DNA of 64,000 nt from Gemmatimonadota bacterium (GTDB lineage: Bacteria; Gemmatimonadota; Gemmatimonadetes; Gemmatimonadales; GWC2-71-9), in NCBI GenBank assembly GCA_036679645.1, contig JAZDCY010000042.1:116992-180991 (forward strand), read 5' to 3'. Below the pieces are notes generated by a model. That model was not told where the DNA came from, searched no databases, and worked only from the letters and a program-made list of their open reading frames with translations. Of this stretch, positions 49,364 through 60,152 are shown one piece after another (the stretch's first letter is position 1; each line of letters begins with the position of its first letter). Position numbers and translations under genes: made by a program.

Positions 49364-50223
49364 GGGTTGCGGTTTCTGGTGCCACCGGCCTCTTGGGCCG
49401 TCACCTCTGCTCGCATTTCCATAACCTCGGTTGGCACGTCCGCGCGCTCGTCCGGCGTCCGGATGCTACACCTCGACTGCCTGGCATCGAGGTTTTTTCA
49501 TGCGACCTGCCGGACGTGATCGATCCTCGAGGACTCGAATCGACCGACGCCCTCGTGCATTGCGCCTATACCACGCGTTTTCTCAGCATCGAGGCCGCCA
49601 AACGAACGAACGAAGAAGGCACTCGTCGCCTGCTCGCGGCTTCCCGCGCTGCGGGCGTGCGACGTTTTGTCTTCATGTCGAGTCTAGCGGCTCACCCCCA
49701 ATCGCGATCCTACTACGGCCGTAGCAAACACGCGCTCGAACAGCTGATGGACCCCGCACGTGATCTGATCATCAGGCCTGGGCTCATCCTCGCCTACGAC
49801 GGGGGCCTCTACAGCAGGATCAGGCGCAGCGTCGCTCGTCTTCCGGTCGTCCCTGTTTTCGCCGGTGGGCACCAGCGCATACAGACGATTCACATCGATG
49901 ATCTCTGCACGGCGGTAGCACACGCCCTCGCCACAAGCGTTTCGGGCCTACTGCGACTCGCCGAGCCCGAGGGCGTTCCACTTGTCGATTTGATGAGAAT
50001 GGTCGCCAGCCAGCTGGACAAGTCGATGTTCGCCGTCCCCCTCCCAGTACGCCCAGTCCTGTGGGTTCTACGCCTAGCGGAACGGGTCGGCCTTTCGCTA
50101 CCGATCTCCTCGGAGAACGTGCTTGGGCTCCTCAGCCTGATACCTCAGAACACGAGGCCGGATCTCGAACGCTTGGGGATGACCGTTCGGCCCGCCCGCG
50201 AGAGCATCGCGCACTTGTCATGA
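49360..50223 (+). CDS. Atypical SDR / NAD-dependent epimerase
   Basis: VSGATGLLG, VFMSSL, YGRSK, IIRPGLI; ATGA overlap. Confidence 0.85.
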   Translation: MRVAVSGATGLLGRHLCSHFHNLGWHVRALVRRPDATPRLPGIEVFSCDLPDVIDPRGLESTDALVHCAYTTRFLSIEAAKRTNEEGTRRLLAASRAAGVRRFVFMSSLAAHPQSRSYYGRSKHALEQLMDPARDLIIRPGLILAYDGGLYSRIRRSVARLPVVPVFAGGHQRIQTIHIDDLCTAVAHALATSVSGLLRLAEPEGVPLVDLMRMVASQLDKSMFAVPLPVRPVLWVLRLAERVGLSLPISSENVLGLLSLIPQNTRPDLERLGMTVRPARESIAHLS

Positions 50224-50615
50224 ATACTTCAGGCCACTCGTTGGAATACTACAGCGAGGGGAGCTAGTTCGGTTGCGTGAGGTGGGCGGGTCCGATCGAC
50301 GGGGGTCGAAGGCTCCATCCCTAGCAGACCGCTGCCGCGTCGAACGCTCGAGGAGCAAGCTCGGCACATCGAGCAACTTGGAGGCCGCCAAACCCAGCGA
50401 ACATCAACGGCTAACATGGAAACACAGATCGGCGTATATTCGCCAAGTTGGGGCTCCGCCTCGCTCGTCTGCACCCAGGATTGAGCCGACGACTTCGACC
50501 CCCCCGGTCCAACGGCTGAAGACAACTGCTTGGCGCGGCTGTGACCCGACACGGCATACGGAGGCATACAGCCAACAGTCGTGGACTGGTAGTCACTCAA
50601 AGCGCCGGAGCACCT

Positions 50616-52565
50616 ATGGAACCGCGCAAACCGACAGCGGCCACGCCCGTCTTCTGGACCGCGTGGAGTGCCCTTGCGGCAATCTTGATTGTCTCCGTTT
50701 CCACACAGCTCCATACGAACCGCCCAGTCTGGGAAATGCCCAGCGGGCAGCGGCTGTTTCGAATGGGCATCGTAGTCAGCTACTTGGTGAGCGCCTCTCT
50801 TGTCATCCTTTCCGTGCGTCGCCAGGGCAAGCCTTCCTGGCGTACGGTAGTGCTGAGCTCCGGTGGGGTGTTCGGGTCCTTCTTTCTTCTCCTCCTGCTG
50901 TCCGCGGTCTCCTATTCCAGAATCGAGTTGGTCACGTCACTCGTCTTGGCCGCGGTGTGCATATCGCTGCCGCTCGTGCTCAAACGGCCATTCCAACCAG
51001 TCGCCCTGATCATCATCGCAGTCACGACGATCGGTACAGTGGTGTGGGGCGCCGTCGTCACGTTACCACCCGCTGCGGACCGGCGAGCCGACAGGACGAT
51101 CATCCCAACCACGTTTTACAACCTCAGGGCCACATCCTTCCGTGGCTATTTCGATTCGCGCGTGCCGGGGGGCGGATTGGCGCCGGTGGGTGACGGCTAT
51201 CTTCTGGCTACCGGGGAAGGCGAGCTTCACTACTTCACCCGCAGCGATTCCGGCGATTCACTGCAGGCTGTGCGCCTCCACGAGGACGTTCCCCTTAACA
51301 CCGGCGCGTTTCTCGCGGACGCCACCCCTAACGTCAACACGATCTGGTTTCGGACAGCGGATATTCTCGTCCAGACCACCGACACCGTTCGCCGCCTGTT
51401 CAGCTCACACCACCATTGGGACCCCGAGCAGGACTGCTTTGTAGTTCGCGTGTCCGTGGCGGAGGGGTCATCTGCATCGTTCCTGACCGACGGCGGACCC
51501 GTAACATGGCGCACACTGTATGAAAGCGCCCCGTGCTTGCGCTTCAAGCCCAAGGGGAACGTATTTGCGGGACTGCACATCGGGGGACGGCTGGTCTTGC
51601 TGGACGATCACAGCCTGCTGCTGGCACTTGGCGATTACGAGTTTGACGGCGTAGATGCTGAGGAAATGCTATCGCAGGATCCCGGGGTGGCCTACGGTAA
51701 GACAGTGCTGATCGATCTGGATACGGGGACGGGGGAGATATACAGCCTTGGGCACCGGAACCCACAGGGCCTTTATGCCGCCCCCTCCGGCCAGATCTGG
51801 CTGACGGAGCATGGCCCAAAGGGAGGTGACGAGCTAAATCGGATTGTGCGAGGGACCAACTATGGCTGGCCGCTTGTCACCTACGGCGCGGCCCGTAGCC
51901 AACTGGAGTGGCCGTTGAATGCCCAGCAGGGTCGGCACCTCGGGTTTGAGCGCCCCGTATTCGGTTGGCTGCCATCCATCGCCGTGTCGAATCTCGTGGG
52001 TATCGAACGCGACCTGTTCCCGTTCTGGCGCGGAGACCTGGTCGTGTCGTCCCTCAGAGCGGTATCCTTGTTCCGGATGCGAATCGTGGACAACAGTGTC
52101 GCGTTGGTCGAGAACATCCCCGTCGGCGAGCGCGTGCGCGACATCATCGAGGACGGTGAAGGACGATTGGTTCTCTGGACCGACCGAGCGACCGTGATCT
52201 TCCTCGAGCCCGCCGGCAGCGCGGAACGGCTTGCGAACTCCGCTGGATCAGGTGCTGTGGGGGGGGAGGAGGAGGGCGAACTGTTGTTCGCAGCCTGCGG
52301 CGGGTGTCATCCCGTGGCCGACGGAAAATCACACGGCATCGGGCCGGACCTGTGGGGAGTCGTCGGCCGACGGATAGGCGCAGCATCGGGTTACAACTAC
52401 TCCCCCGCCTTGGAGCAACGCGCCGGAACGTGGACGGGTGAACGATTGGCCACATTCTTGGCCGATCCTCAGGCCTTCGCGCCCGGCAATCTCATGATGT
52501 CGGAAGGCGTTACCAACCACTTACATCGTAAGGCGCTAGTCAAGTACCTCAAGACGCTTCGCTAG
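50616..52565 (+). CDS. Membrane-anchored PQQ-type sugar dehydrogenase propeller fused to class I cytochrome c
   Basis: About five N-terminal TMs; HIGGRL, YSLGHRNPQGL, TEHGPKGGDELN, NYGWP; C-terminal CGGCH...GPDLWGVVGR...YSPAL...PGNLM; GGAG RBS. Confidence 0.88.
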   Translation: MEPRKPTAATPVFWTAWSALAAILIVSVSTQLHTNRPVWEMPSGQRLFRMGIVVSYLVSASLVILSVRRQGKPSWRTVVLSSGGVFGSFFLLLLLSAVSYSRIELVTSLVLAAVCISLPLVLKRPFQPVALIIIAVTTIGTVVWGAVVTLPPAADRRADRTIIPTTFYNLRATSFRGYFDSRVPGGGLAPVGDGYLLATGEGELHYFTRSDSGDSLQAVRLHEDVPLNTGAFLADATPNVNTIWFRTADILVQTTDTVRRLFSSHHHWDPEQDCFVVRVSVAEGSSASFLTDGGPVTWRTLYESAPCLRFKPKGNVFAGLHIGGRLVLLDDHSLLLALGDYEFDGVDAEEMLSQDPGVAYGKTVLIDLDTGTGEIYSLGHRNPQGLYAAPSGQIWLTEHGPKGGDELNRIVRGTNYGWPLVTYGAARSQLEWPLNAQQGRHLGFERPVFGWLPSIAVSNLVGIERDLFPFWRGDLVVSSLRAVSLFRMRIVDNSVALVENIPVGERVRDIIEDGEGRLVLWTDRATVIFLEPAGSAERLANSAGSGAVGGEEEGELLFAACGGCHPVADGKSHGIGPDLWGVVGRRIGAASGYNYSPALEQRAGTWTGERLATFLADPQAFAPGNLMMSEGVTNHLHRKALVKYLKTLR

Positions 52566-52627
52566 CCCACAGCACGGCAACCGCGCCGCCTCGTTCCCCC
52601 GTCCCACTTTCCCAAATCGAGATCGAC

Positions 52628-52945
52628 GTGCATCTGTGCGGCGAGGGGGAACACGCTCGACGGTTCCTCGCCGATCACGGCATCGTGCGTAGCTTGAGCC
52701 ACGTCGGCAGCCGTTACGATAACGGCGTGGCGGAGAGTTTCTTTGGCATACTGAAACGCGAACGCCTAAACCGGTGCCGTTATCGCACCCGGGCCGAGGC
52801 CCAGTCGGACATTCTTGACTACATCGAGCGGTTCTACAACCGTCGCCGCCGCCATTCCCACACCAACGGCTTACCACCAGCTAGTACGCTAGAATCGTGG
52901 ATAGACTACCCTGACTCACCTGTCCGTGGAATCAGGGAAAATCCA
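52628..52945 (+). mobile_element. IS3-family remnant: integrase C-terminus plus probable right inverted repeat
   Basis: SLSHVGSRYDNGVAESFFGILKRE...YIERFYNRRRRHS; CCTGTCCGTGGAATCAGGGAAAATCCA (52919-52945) resembles an IS3 end finishing in CA. Confidence 0.85.
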
Positions 52946-53027
52946 ACTGGCTGGACACCTCCACCACCAAGGGCAATACTGGGGATAGGGAAAAGCAGAT
53001 TCTCTTGGTGAATCCGTAGCGACCTCC

Positions 53028-54458
53028 ATGCTCTTCAACTCACTGGTGTTTTGCGCGTTCTTCATCGCGACTTACACCGTCTATTTCTGCCTGATGCGAC
53101 GGTATCGGGCTCAGAACGGGCTACTGCTCGCCGCGAGCTACCTCTTCTACGGTTGGTGGGACTGGCGGTTTCTCGGCCTTATTCTGCTCTCGACCTTAAT
53201 CGACTACGTCTTAGCCGGATCGATCGGTCGTCTCGACCCGGACTCAGCAACCGAACAGCGGCGGCGAAAGTTGCTCGTCACGGCATCGATCGCGACGAAT
53301 CTCGGCATCATTGGTTTCTTCAAGTACTTCAACTTCTTCGCAGATAGCGCGGTTGACGTGATGAGGGCGATCGGATTCGCACCAGATCATGTCACGCTCA
53401 ACATCATCCTACCGGTCGGAATCAGTTTCTACACGTTTCAATCGCTGAGCTATACGATCGACGTCTACCGCGGCAAGTTAAAACCGCACCCAAACTTTCT
53501 CAACTTTGCGCTCTTCGTTGCTTTCTTTCCTCAGCTCGTCGCGGGACCAATTGAGCGCGCAGCCAAGCTACTTCCTCAGTTCGCGGCCGCGAGGGTGATC
53601 ACCCCTGAGCGTGTCTGGACCGGGCTCTATCTCATCCTTTGGGGGTACTTCGAGAAGGTTGTGGTCGCCGACAACGTCGGCAGGATCGCAGACGAAGTAT
53701 TCAATAACTACGAGAAGTATCAGGGTCTCGATATCCTGATTGGCGTCTTCGCTTTTGCTCTACAGATTCTCGGGGACTTCTCCGGCTACTCAAACATCGC
53801 GCGTGGGCTGGCCCGGATTATGGGTTTTGACCTCATGGTCAACTTCCGTCTCCCGTACTTCGCGACCTCGCCGGCTGATTTCTGGCACCGTTGGCACATC
53901 TCCCTATCGACCTGGCTGCGAGACTATCTGTACATTTCACTCGGCGGCAATCGATACGGCCAGCTCATCACCTACCGAAACCTGTGCGCGACGATGCTGC
54001 TGGGCGGACTCTGGCATGGCGCTGCCTGGAACTTCGTGGCGTGGGGTGCCTACCACGGTGCGGGTCTCGCAGGTCACCGAGCTTTCTCGCAGTGGCGCGC
54101 GACCGGGGGCAAATCACGGTACGGAAGGGTTTCTGAGTGGTCAACAATCATTTTGATGTTCGCCTTCACCCTCGGTGGCTGGCTGCTATTTCGGAGCACG
54201 AGCCTCGCGCAGGTTGTCGGTATGGTTTCCTCACTCGGAGTCCGCCCGTCCAGCATGAGCTTCACCTGGACCGCCAATATCGTGTTTTACGCCTGGCCTT
54301 TGTTCGTAATCCAGCTTGTCCAGCGTCGCACGGGCGATTTGCTTGTTCTGACTCGGTTGCCAATGCCCATCACGGCTATCGTATTCGCCGGAATACTCGC
54401 TATGCTGGCGGTCTTCGGCTCGCGTGAACCGATGGAGTTCATATATTTCCAGTTTTGA
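53028..54458 (+). CDS. MBOAT O-acyltransferase (AlgI/PatA-like)
   Basis: MLFNS, LPVGISFYTFQ, FFPQLVAGPIER, DFSGYS, FWHRWHISLSTW, GGLWHGA, FIYFQF. Confidence 0.95.
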   Translation: MLFNSLVFCAFFIATYTVYFCLMRRYRAQNGLLLAASYLFYGWWDWRFLGLILLSTLIDYVLAGSIGRLDPDSATEQRRRKLLVTASIATNLGIIGFFKYFNFFADSAVDVMRAIGFAPDHVTLNIILPVGISFYTFQSLSYTIDVYRGKLKPHPNFLNFALFVAFFPQLVAGPIERAAKLLPQFAAARVITPERVWTGLYLILWGYFEKVVVADNVGRIADEVFNNYEKYQGLDILIGVFAFALQILGDFSGYSNIARGLARIMGFDLMVNFRLPYFATSPADFWHRWHISLSTWLRDYLYISLGGNRYGQLITYRNLCATMLLGGLWHGAAWNFVAWGAYHGAGLAGHRAFSQWRATGGKSRYGRVSEWSTIILMFAFTLGGWLLFRSTSLAQVVGMVSSLGVRPSSMSFTWTANIVFYAWPLFVIQLVQRRTGDLLVLTRLPMPITAIVFAGILAMLAVFGSREPMEFIYFQF

Positions 54459-54467
54459 GGTAGGCCT

Positions 54468-55544
54468 TTGGTCAACTCTGACAACGTCATTGCCGAGGTG
54501 CCACACCGCGACCAGGCCGCGATAGGGGGCATAGGCATTGACCAACCGCCGCTCGAGACGCTCCCGCGCGAGATCATTCGATCGGTCTCATGGTCGCAGG
54601 TCGCGTGGACAATTGCTGCCACACTCTTCGTCTTGGGAGCGCTCAATTTCCTCGCAGGTGCGTATCTCTCACGCTACACGTCTAACCAAGGCTACTGGCT
54701 GATCAAGCACAAATGGGAGCTTCTCGAGAGGGTAGACCACCCCATCGACTGGTTAATCATCGGGGATTCCTCTTGCAACCAGGGCATCGACACGGAGACC
54801 TGGGATCGAGCGCTGGGCGGACGTTCGCTTAATCTGTGTACCATAGGGGACTTGCTGCTCCTCAATGGTGTCTGGATGCTAGCCGCGCTGTCAGAGCGCA
54901 TCGGAAGTCCACCGAACGTTCTCGTAGTCCATGTACACGACATGTGGCACAGGCGTCCTACACCAGAGCTTCTAGGACGCATTCCAGTGCGAGGTGTGTG
55001 GGGTAAGGGAAATACGTCAGTGGTGCTCACGCTCTCGGAGACGGCTCGGGAGCTATTGTCACGGTACGCGCCGCTTGTTAGTCAGAGCTCCGCCTTGCGC
55101 AATTCGCTGCGCAACCCAAGCACGCTGTTCGAGACGAAATTCGTCCTCGGCGACAATGGCTACATGCGCGAGGTGGAGGCGAATCCGCAAACAGTCGAGC
55201 GTGACGCGGCGGCGCATCTGCGGGCATTGGAGACACAAGCCTTCAACATCTCGGCCGAGAATCGGGCCGCACTTGAGGAACTCGGGGCGCTCGCCGATGC
55301 CCACGAGGTTGATATCTATTTGACGTCAGCGCCAATTTTCGAGGGTCTCCTCGCGTCTCCGGCGTTTCGCGAACACGTGGCACCGATGCAGGCGGAATTT
55401 CGTGTGTGGGATGCCAGTAATCCGCGGCTCCATTATATTGACGAATTCCAAGCGTTCCCGAAGGAATCGATGCAGAATGCTGATCACCTGATACATGACG
55501 CGGCGCAAGTCTACACCCGCCGCCTCGCAGAAATCGTTCGATAG
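54468..55544 (+). CDS. Membrane-anchored SGNH/DltD-like protein
   Basis: N-terminal TM, LIIGDSSCNQG, SLNLC, C-terminal NADHL. Confidence 0.7.
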   Translation: MVNSDNVIAEVPHRDQAAIGGIGIDQPPLETLPREIIRSVSWSQVAWTIAATLFVLGALNFLAGAYLSRYTSNQGYWLIKHKWELLERVDHPIDWLIIGDSSCNQGIDTETWDRALGGRSLNLCTIGDLLLLNGVWMLAALSERIGSPPNVLVVHVHDMWHRRPTPELLGRIPVRGVWGKGNTSVVLTLSETARELLSRYAPLVSQSSALRNSLRNPSTLFETKFVLGDNGYMREVEANPQTVERDAAAHLRALETQAFNISAENRAALEELGALADAHEVDIYLTSAPIFEGLLASPAFREHVAPMQAEFRVWDASNPRLHYIDEFQAFPKESMQNADHLIHDAAQVYTRRLAEIVR

Positions 55545-55765
55545 CAAGTAGTGTTGGCGAATATGCTCCCATCCTCTGAACCCCTCAAAGATGGTCTTAT
55601 TCACTGTCCAAAGAAATCGGGTGCTCTATACATGTACGGTAGGAAATCACTGGAATTTCCCGCCGAAGGGAGCCTTTCGCCGAGGTACACCTCGCGGCTG
55701 CCGTTCCAGAATGTCCGACGCGTGGCGTTCCCCGCGCTACCATTTCCGACCAGCAATTAACTCGC

Positions 55766-57205
55766 GTGCTCTTCAACTCGCTACCGTTTGCCGCGTTCCT
55801 ACCTGTTGTATTCGTCCTCTACTGGGCGGCACAACGTTCCGACCTGCGCGTGCAAAACATCCTCATACTCGTCGCGAGTTACGTCTTCTACGGGTGGTGG
55901 GACTACCGTTTCCTCGCGCTCATTGTCCTCTCCTCGACCATCGACTATGTCGTTGGACGCGCCCTCTCGCGCTCCACCGGCGCCGCTCGGCGGCGCACCC
56001 TGCTGTCGTTCAGCGTCCTCACAAACCTCGGCCTGCTGGGGACGTTCAAGTATTTCAACTTCTTCGTCGACTCGCTTCGCGATCTCTTCGTTGCAGTGGG
56101 ATTACCGTCGCCTGGTTGGACTCTCGACGTAGTCCTCCCAGTAGGTATCAGCTTTTATACCTTCCAGACGCTTTCCTATACAATAGACGTGTACCGGGGA
56201 CGGCTTTCCGCAACCGACGATCCGATCGCCTTCTTCGCGTTCGTCAGCTTCTTTCCCCAACTCGTCGCCGGTCCGATCGAGCGCGCCGAACACCTCCTGC
56301 CGCAATTTCTCGCGCCGCGTCGGTTCGACTCCACCGCAGCTTCGGACGGAGCCCGCCAGATGCTCTGGGGGCTTTTCAAGAAGATCGTCGTCGCGGACAA
56401 CCTCGCGCTGTACGTACAGAACGCGTTCAGCCAGGCAGGAAGCGCTGGTCGCATCGATTTGATCGCGGGCGTCGTGTTCTTCGCGATACAGATATACTGC
56501 GACTTCTCCGGCTACTCGGACATCGCCATTGGAAGTGCGCGGCTCTTCGGATTCTCCCTACGACGTAACTTCGCGTACCCGTACTTCGCCCGGGACATCG
56601 CGGAGTTCTGGCGCCGTTGGCACATCTCGCTTTCTACGTGGTTTCGCGACTACGTCTACATCCCACTGGGCGGTAGCAAGAGCAACACACGCAGGCGTCT
56701 CATCAACGTGATGATCACATTTGGACTGAGCGGCCTCTGGCACGGCGCGAATTGGACGTTCGTCATCTGGGGACTCCTGAACGCGCTGTACTACGTCCCG
56801 CTCATGGTGAGCGGGACGCACCGAGCGAACGTCGGGCCGGTGGCGCCGGGGAAGCTCCTCCCCAGTGCTCGGGAGGTTCTGGCCATGACCATGACGTTTC
56901 TCCTCACGCTGGTAGCATGGGTGTTCTTTCGCGCCGCCTCTCTCCATGACGCAATGGACTATTTCGCATACCTCGCGAGACCAACCCCTACAATCGACGT
57001 GATTCCGCTGGCCGGGCTGCTCAGGGGAGCGCTCTTGAGCGCCGCTATCGTCCTACCGGAGTGGCTGCACCGAGAGAAAGAGCACGCCATGGCGGTGGAT
57101 GGTCTTCCGGTTGCGGGGCGCTGGGTGCTGTACCTGGCGGTGGGACTCAGCATACTCGTCTTGGGCAACTTCGGTGAAGTTCAATTCATCTACTTCCAGT
57201 TCTAG
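55766..57205 (+). CDS. MBOAT O-acyltransferase (AlgI/PatA-like)
   Basis: LPVGISFYTFQ, FFPQLVAGPIER, IYCDFSGYSD, FWRRWHISLSTW, SGLWHGANW, FIYFQF. Confidence 0.95.
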   Translation: MLFNSLPFAAFLPVVFVLYWAAQRSDLRVQNILILVASYVFYGWWDYRFLALIVLSSTIDYVVGRALSRSTGAARRRTLLSFSVLTNLGLLGTFKYFNFFVDSLRDLFVAVGLPSPGWTLDVVLPVGISFYTFQTLSYTIDVYRGRLSATDDPIAFFAFVSFFPQLVAGPIERAEHLLPQFLAPRRFDSTAASDGARQMLWGLFKKIVVADNLALYVQNAFSQAGSAGRIDLIAGVVFFAIQIYCDFSGYSDIAIGSARLFGFSLRRNFAYPYFARDIAEFWRRWHISLSTWFRDYVYIPLGGSKSNTRRRLINVMITFGLSGLWHGANWTFVIWGLLNALYYVPLMVSGTHRANVGPVAPGKLLPSAREVLAMTMTFLLTLVAWVFFRAASLHDAMDYFAYLARPTPTIDVIPLAGLLRGALLSAAIVLPEWLHREKEHAMAVDGLPVAGRWVLYLAVGLSILVLGNFGEVQFIYFQF

Positions 57206-57262
57206 CGAGCCATTGGCTCCTCGCGCTCCTTCCGATCGCCGTATGGCGGCACGCGCCAAGGC

Positions 57263-58258
57263 ATGAGCCCATGGCAATTCGGGCGGCGTGCAGTCGCCTT
57301 TGCGAGCCTTCTCGCGACGGCGTACCTAGCACTGCTGTTCGTCGTGGTCAATTCCCCGAGGATCCGGTTCCCTGAGACGAACCTCTGGACGAATCAGACC
57401 CGTAAGAGCATGCTCGGCAAGCCGACGGTGCTCATGGTTCGCGAGCTGGGTGTAGCGCGTGATCTCGATATTCTCTTCACCGGCTCCTCGCACGCCTACC
57501 GGACCTTCGACCCTCGTTTTTTTGACACCAAGAATCTCCGTACGTTCAACATGGGGACCACCGGCCAGACACCGGTGAATACGTACTTCCTAATGCGGGA
57601 CCATTTCGATCAGGTGCGCGCACCGCTGGTCGTGATCGAGACCTACCCCGACATCTTCCGACTAGATGGAACGTTTTCGTCTATCGACCTGATCCAAAAC
57701 ACAGCGTGGTCTTGGAGTACCGTGCGGATGGTCCTAGCCACGAAATCTCTGCCGGCGCTGAATGCCCTGCTATTTGACGCGCTGGACCTGCACCGCGTCC
57801 CGGTCGATCAAATTGAACCTCGGCTCGACCCAGGCGACACGTACGTCGGTCGGGGCTATGTCGAGAAGAGATCCGACGTAACCTGGGAGCAACGGGCGCC
57901 AACCCGATCGATAGCAATCAACCATACACAGCTTCGCTATTTGCGACGGACTATCGAGTGGTTGAGGCGGCGAGGAAGCCGCGTGCTCTGCATCGTCCAG
58001 CCGATCCCCGAGCCGACCCGGCGGGCAATCAAAAACTACGCGGAGGTGTCGGAGACGATTAGAGCGACTGTAACCCTCGCAGGGGCAGAGTACGTGGATT
58101 TCAACGGCATGATCGACCTGACTCCAGGTACCGATTTCTATGACTACCACCACATGCGGCAGTCTGCCGTTGAGAAGTTCCTCCCAGTGTTCTACGCCGA
58201 GCTCGTGGCACGGGGCCTGATCCCTGAGCCGCGGGAGGCGGCCGGTACGACCCCGTAA
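57263..58258 (+). CDS. Membrane-anchored SGNH/DltD-like protein
   Basis: N-terminal TM, ILFTGSSHAYRTFDP, FNMGTTGQ, C-terminal FYDYHHM (DxxH). Confidence 0.75.
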   Translation: MSPWQFGRRAVAFASLLATAYLALLFVVVNSPRIRFPETNLWTNQTRKSMLGKPTVLMVRELGVARDLDILFTGSSHAYRTFDPRFFDTKNLRTFNMGTTGQTPVNTYFLMRDHFDQVRAPLVVIETYPDIFRLDGTFSSIDLIQNTAWSWSTVRMVLATKSLPALNALLFDALDLHRVPVDQIEPRLDPGDTYVGRGYVEKRSDVTWEQRAPTRSIAINHTQLRYLRRTIEWLRRRGSRVLCIVQPIPEPTRRAIKNYAEVSETIRATVTLAGAEYVDFNGMIDLTPGTDFYDYHHMRQSAVEKFLPVFYAELVARGLIPEPREAAGTTP

Positions 58259-58317
58259 CCCTGTTCTGCGAATACCAACAGTCGATCCCAGCACTGAGAG
58301 GAGCCCCCTGCGAAGGC

Positions 58318-58968
58318 TCAAACTGACGCCTTCGCCTCCTGCTCAGCCACGACCTCTCTGACCGTATCCAGAACATCGGCTCCAGCATGCCCCCGCCGCT
58401 CCAAATACCCCACAATCCGCCGCACCCGCTTCTCCGGCTCCACATCCCTCAACTGCGCCGCTCGGCGCCTGGCAAGTTCCTCTACCTGTGCGGCCGCGTC
58501 CACGCCTGCATCCGCAAGCTCCTGATCCACTGCCACCTCGGCCACGCGCCGCTCCACCCCGCGGGCAAGCAGATCGCGCAGCAACCGTGACCGACCGTAT
58601 CCTCGAGGAACCCGTGTGCGAGCGAAATGGCGCGCAAAGGCAACGTCGTCCAGAATGCCGGCGGCTTCGAGCCGGCCTACCGCCTCCTCGGCGGCCTCTC
58701 GTGCATGACCCTTGGCGCGGAGCCTGAGCAATAGCTCATTCACCGCCCGGGGCCGAGCTGTCACCATGCGGACGGCCGCATCAAACGCCTTCTGAGCGGC
58801 CACAGCGCCCGCCAGGCGCTCCTGTTGGTCGGCATCCAGCACCAAGCCCTGGGAAAGGCCGAGCCGCTGTACGACCTCCACAGGTAGCGACGCGAACCGG
58901 GCCCCGTCCACCTCGATGACGAGGCGGTCGGGAGCCCGGGTGGTCCTTTTGATCCGCGTGATCCGCAA
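58318..58968 (-). CDS. recX: Regulatory protein RecX
   Basis: Directly downstream of recA; RPRAVNEL..RL, GILDDVAFA, GYG..RL..DL..RG, YLERRGH. Confidence 0.9.
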   Translation of the reverse strand: MRITRIKRTTRAPDRLVIEVDGARFASLPVEVVQRLGLSQGLVLDADQQERLAGAVAAQKAFDAAVRMVTARPRAVNELLLRLRAKGHAREAAEEAVGRLEAAGILDDVAFARHFARTRVPRGYGRSRLLRDLLARGVERRVAEVAVDQELADAGVDAAAQVEELARRRAAQLRDVEPEKRVRRIVGYLERRGHAGADVLDTVREVVAEQEAKASV

Positions 58969-58971
58969 CAG

Positions 58972-60027
<1,056 letters not shown>

Positions 60028-60042
60028 TGGAAAGGATCCCTG

Positions 60043-60084
60043 TTAGCGGTGCGCAGTAAGGGGTGAGCGGTAAGCGGTGAGCCT
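60043..60084. repeat. Degenerate 7-nt tandem array (TRAGCGG-like, 6 units)
   Basis: ttagcgg tgcgcag taagggg tgagcgg taagcgg tgagcct, between yraN and recA. Confidence 0.6.
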
Positions 60085-60152
60085 GACTGTCGGGCCTAAG
60101 AATCGCCGGCTGACCGGCGCCGCCGGCAACCGAATATATACCGAAGCCAGTC

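Noticed and set aside
50224..50520. Possible LuxR-type HTH remnant (RIFAKLGL) and short ORF MNTSGHSLEYYSEGS
   Set aside because: Too short and needs frameshifts; cannot be supported by eye
55550..55572. MGAYS start resembling an IS630 transposase N-terminus
   Set aside because: Only five residues; insufficient to assign a family
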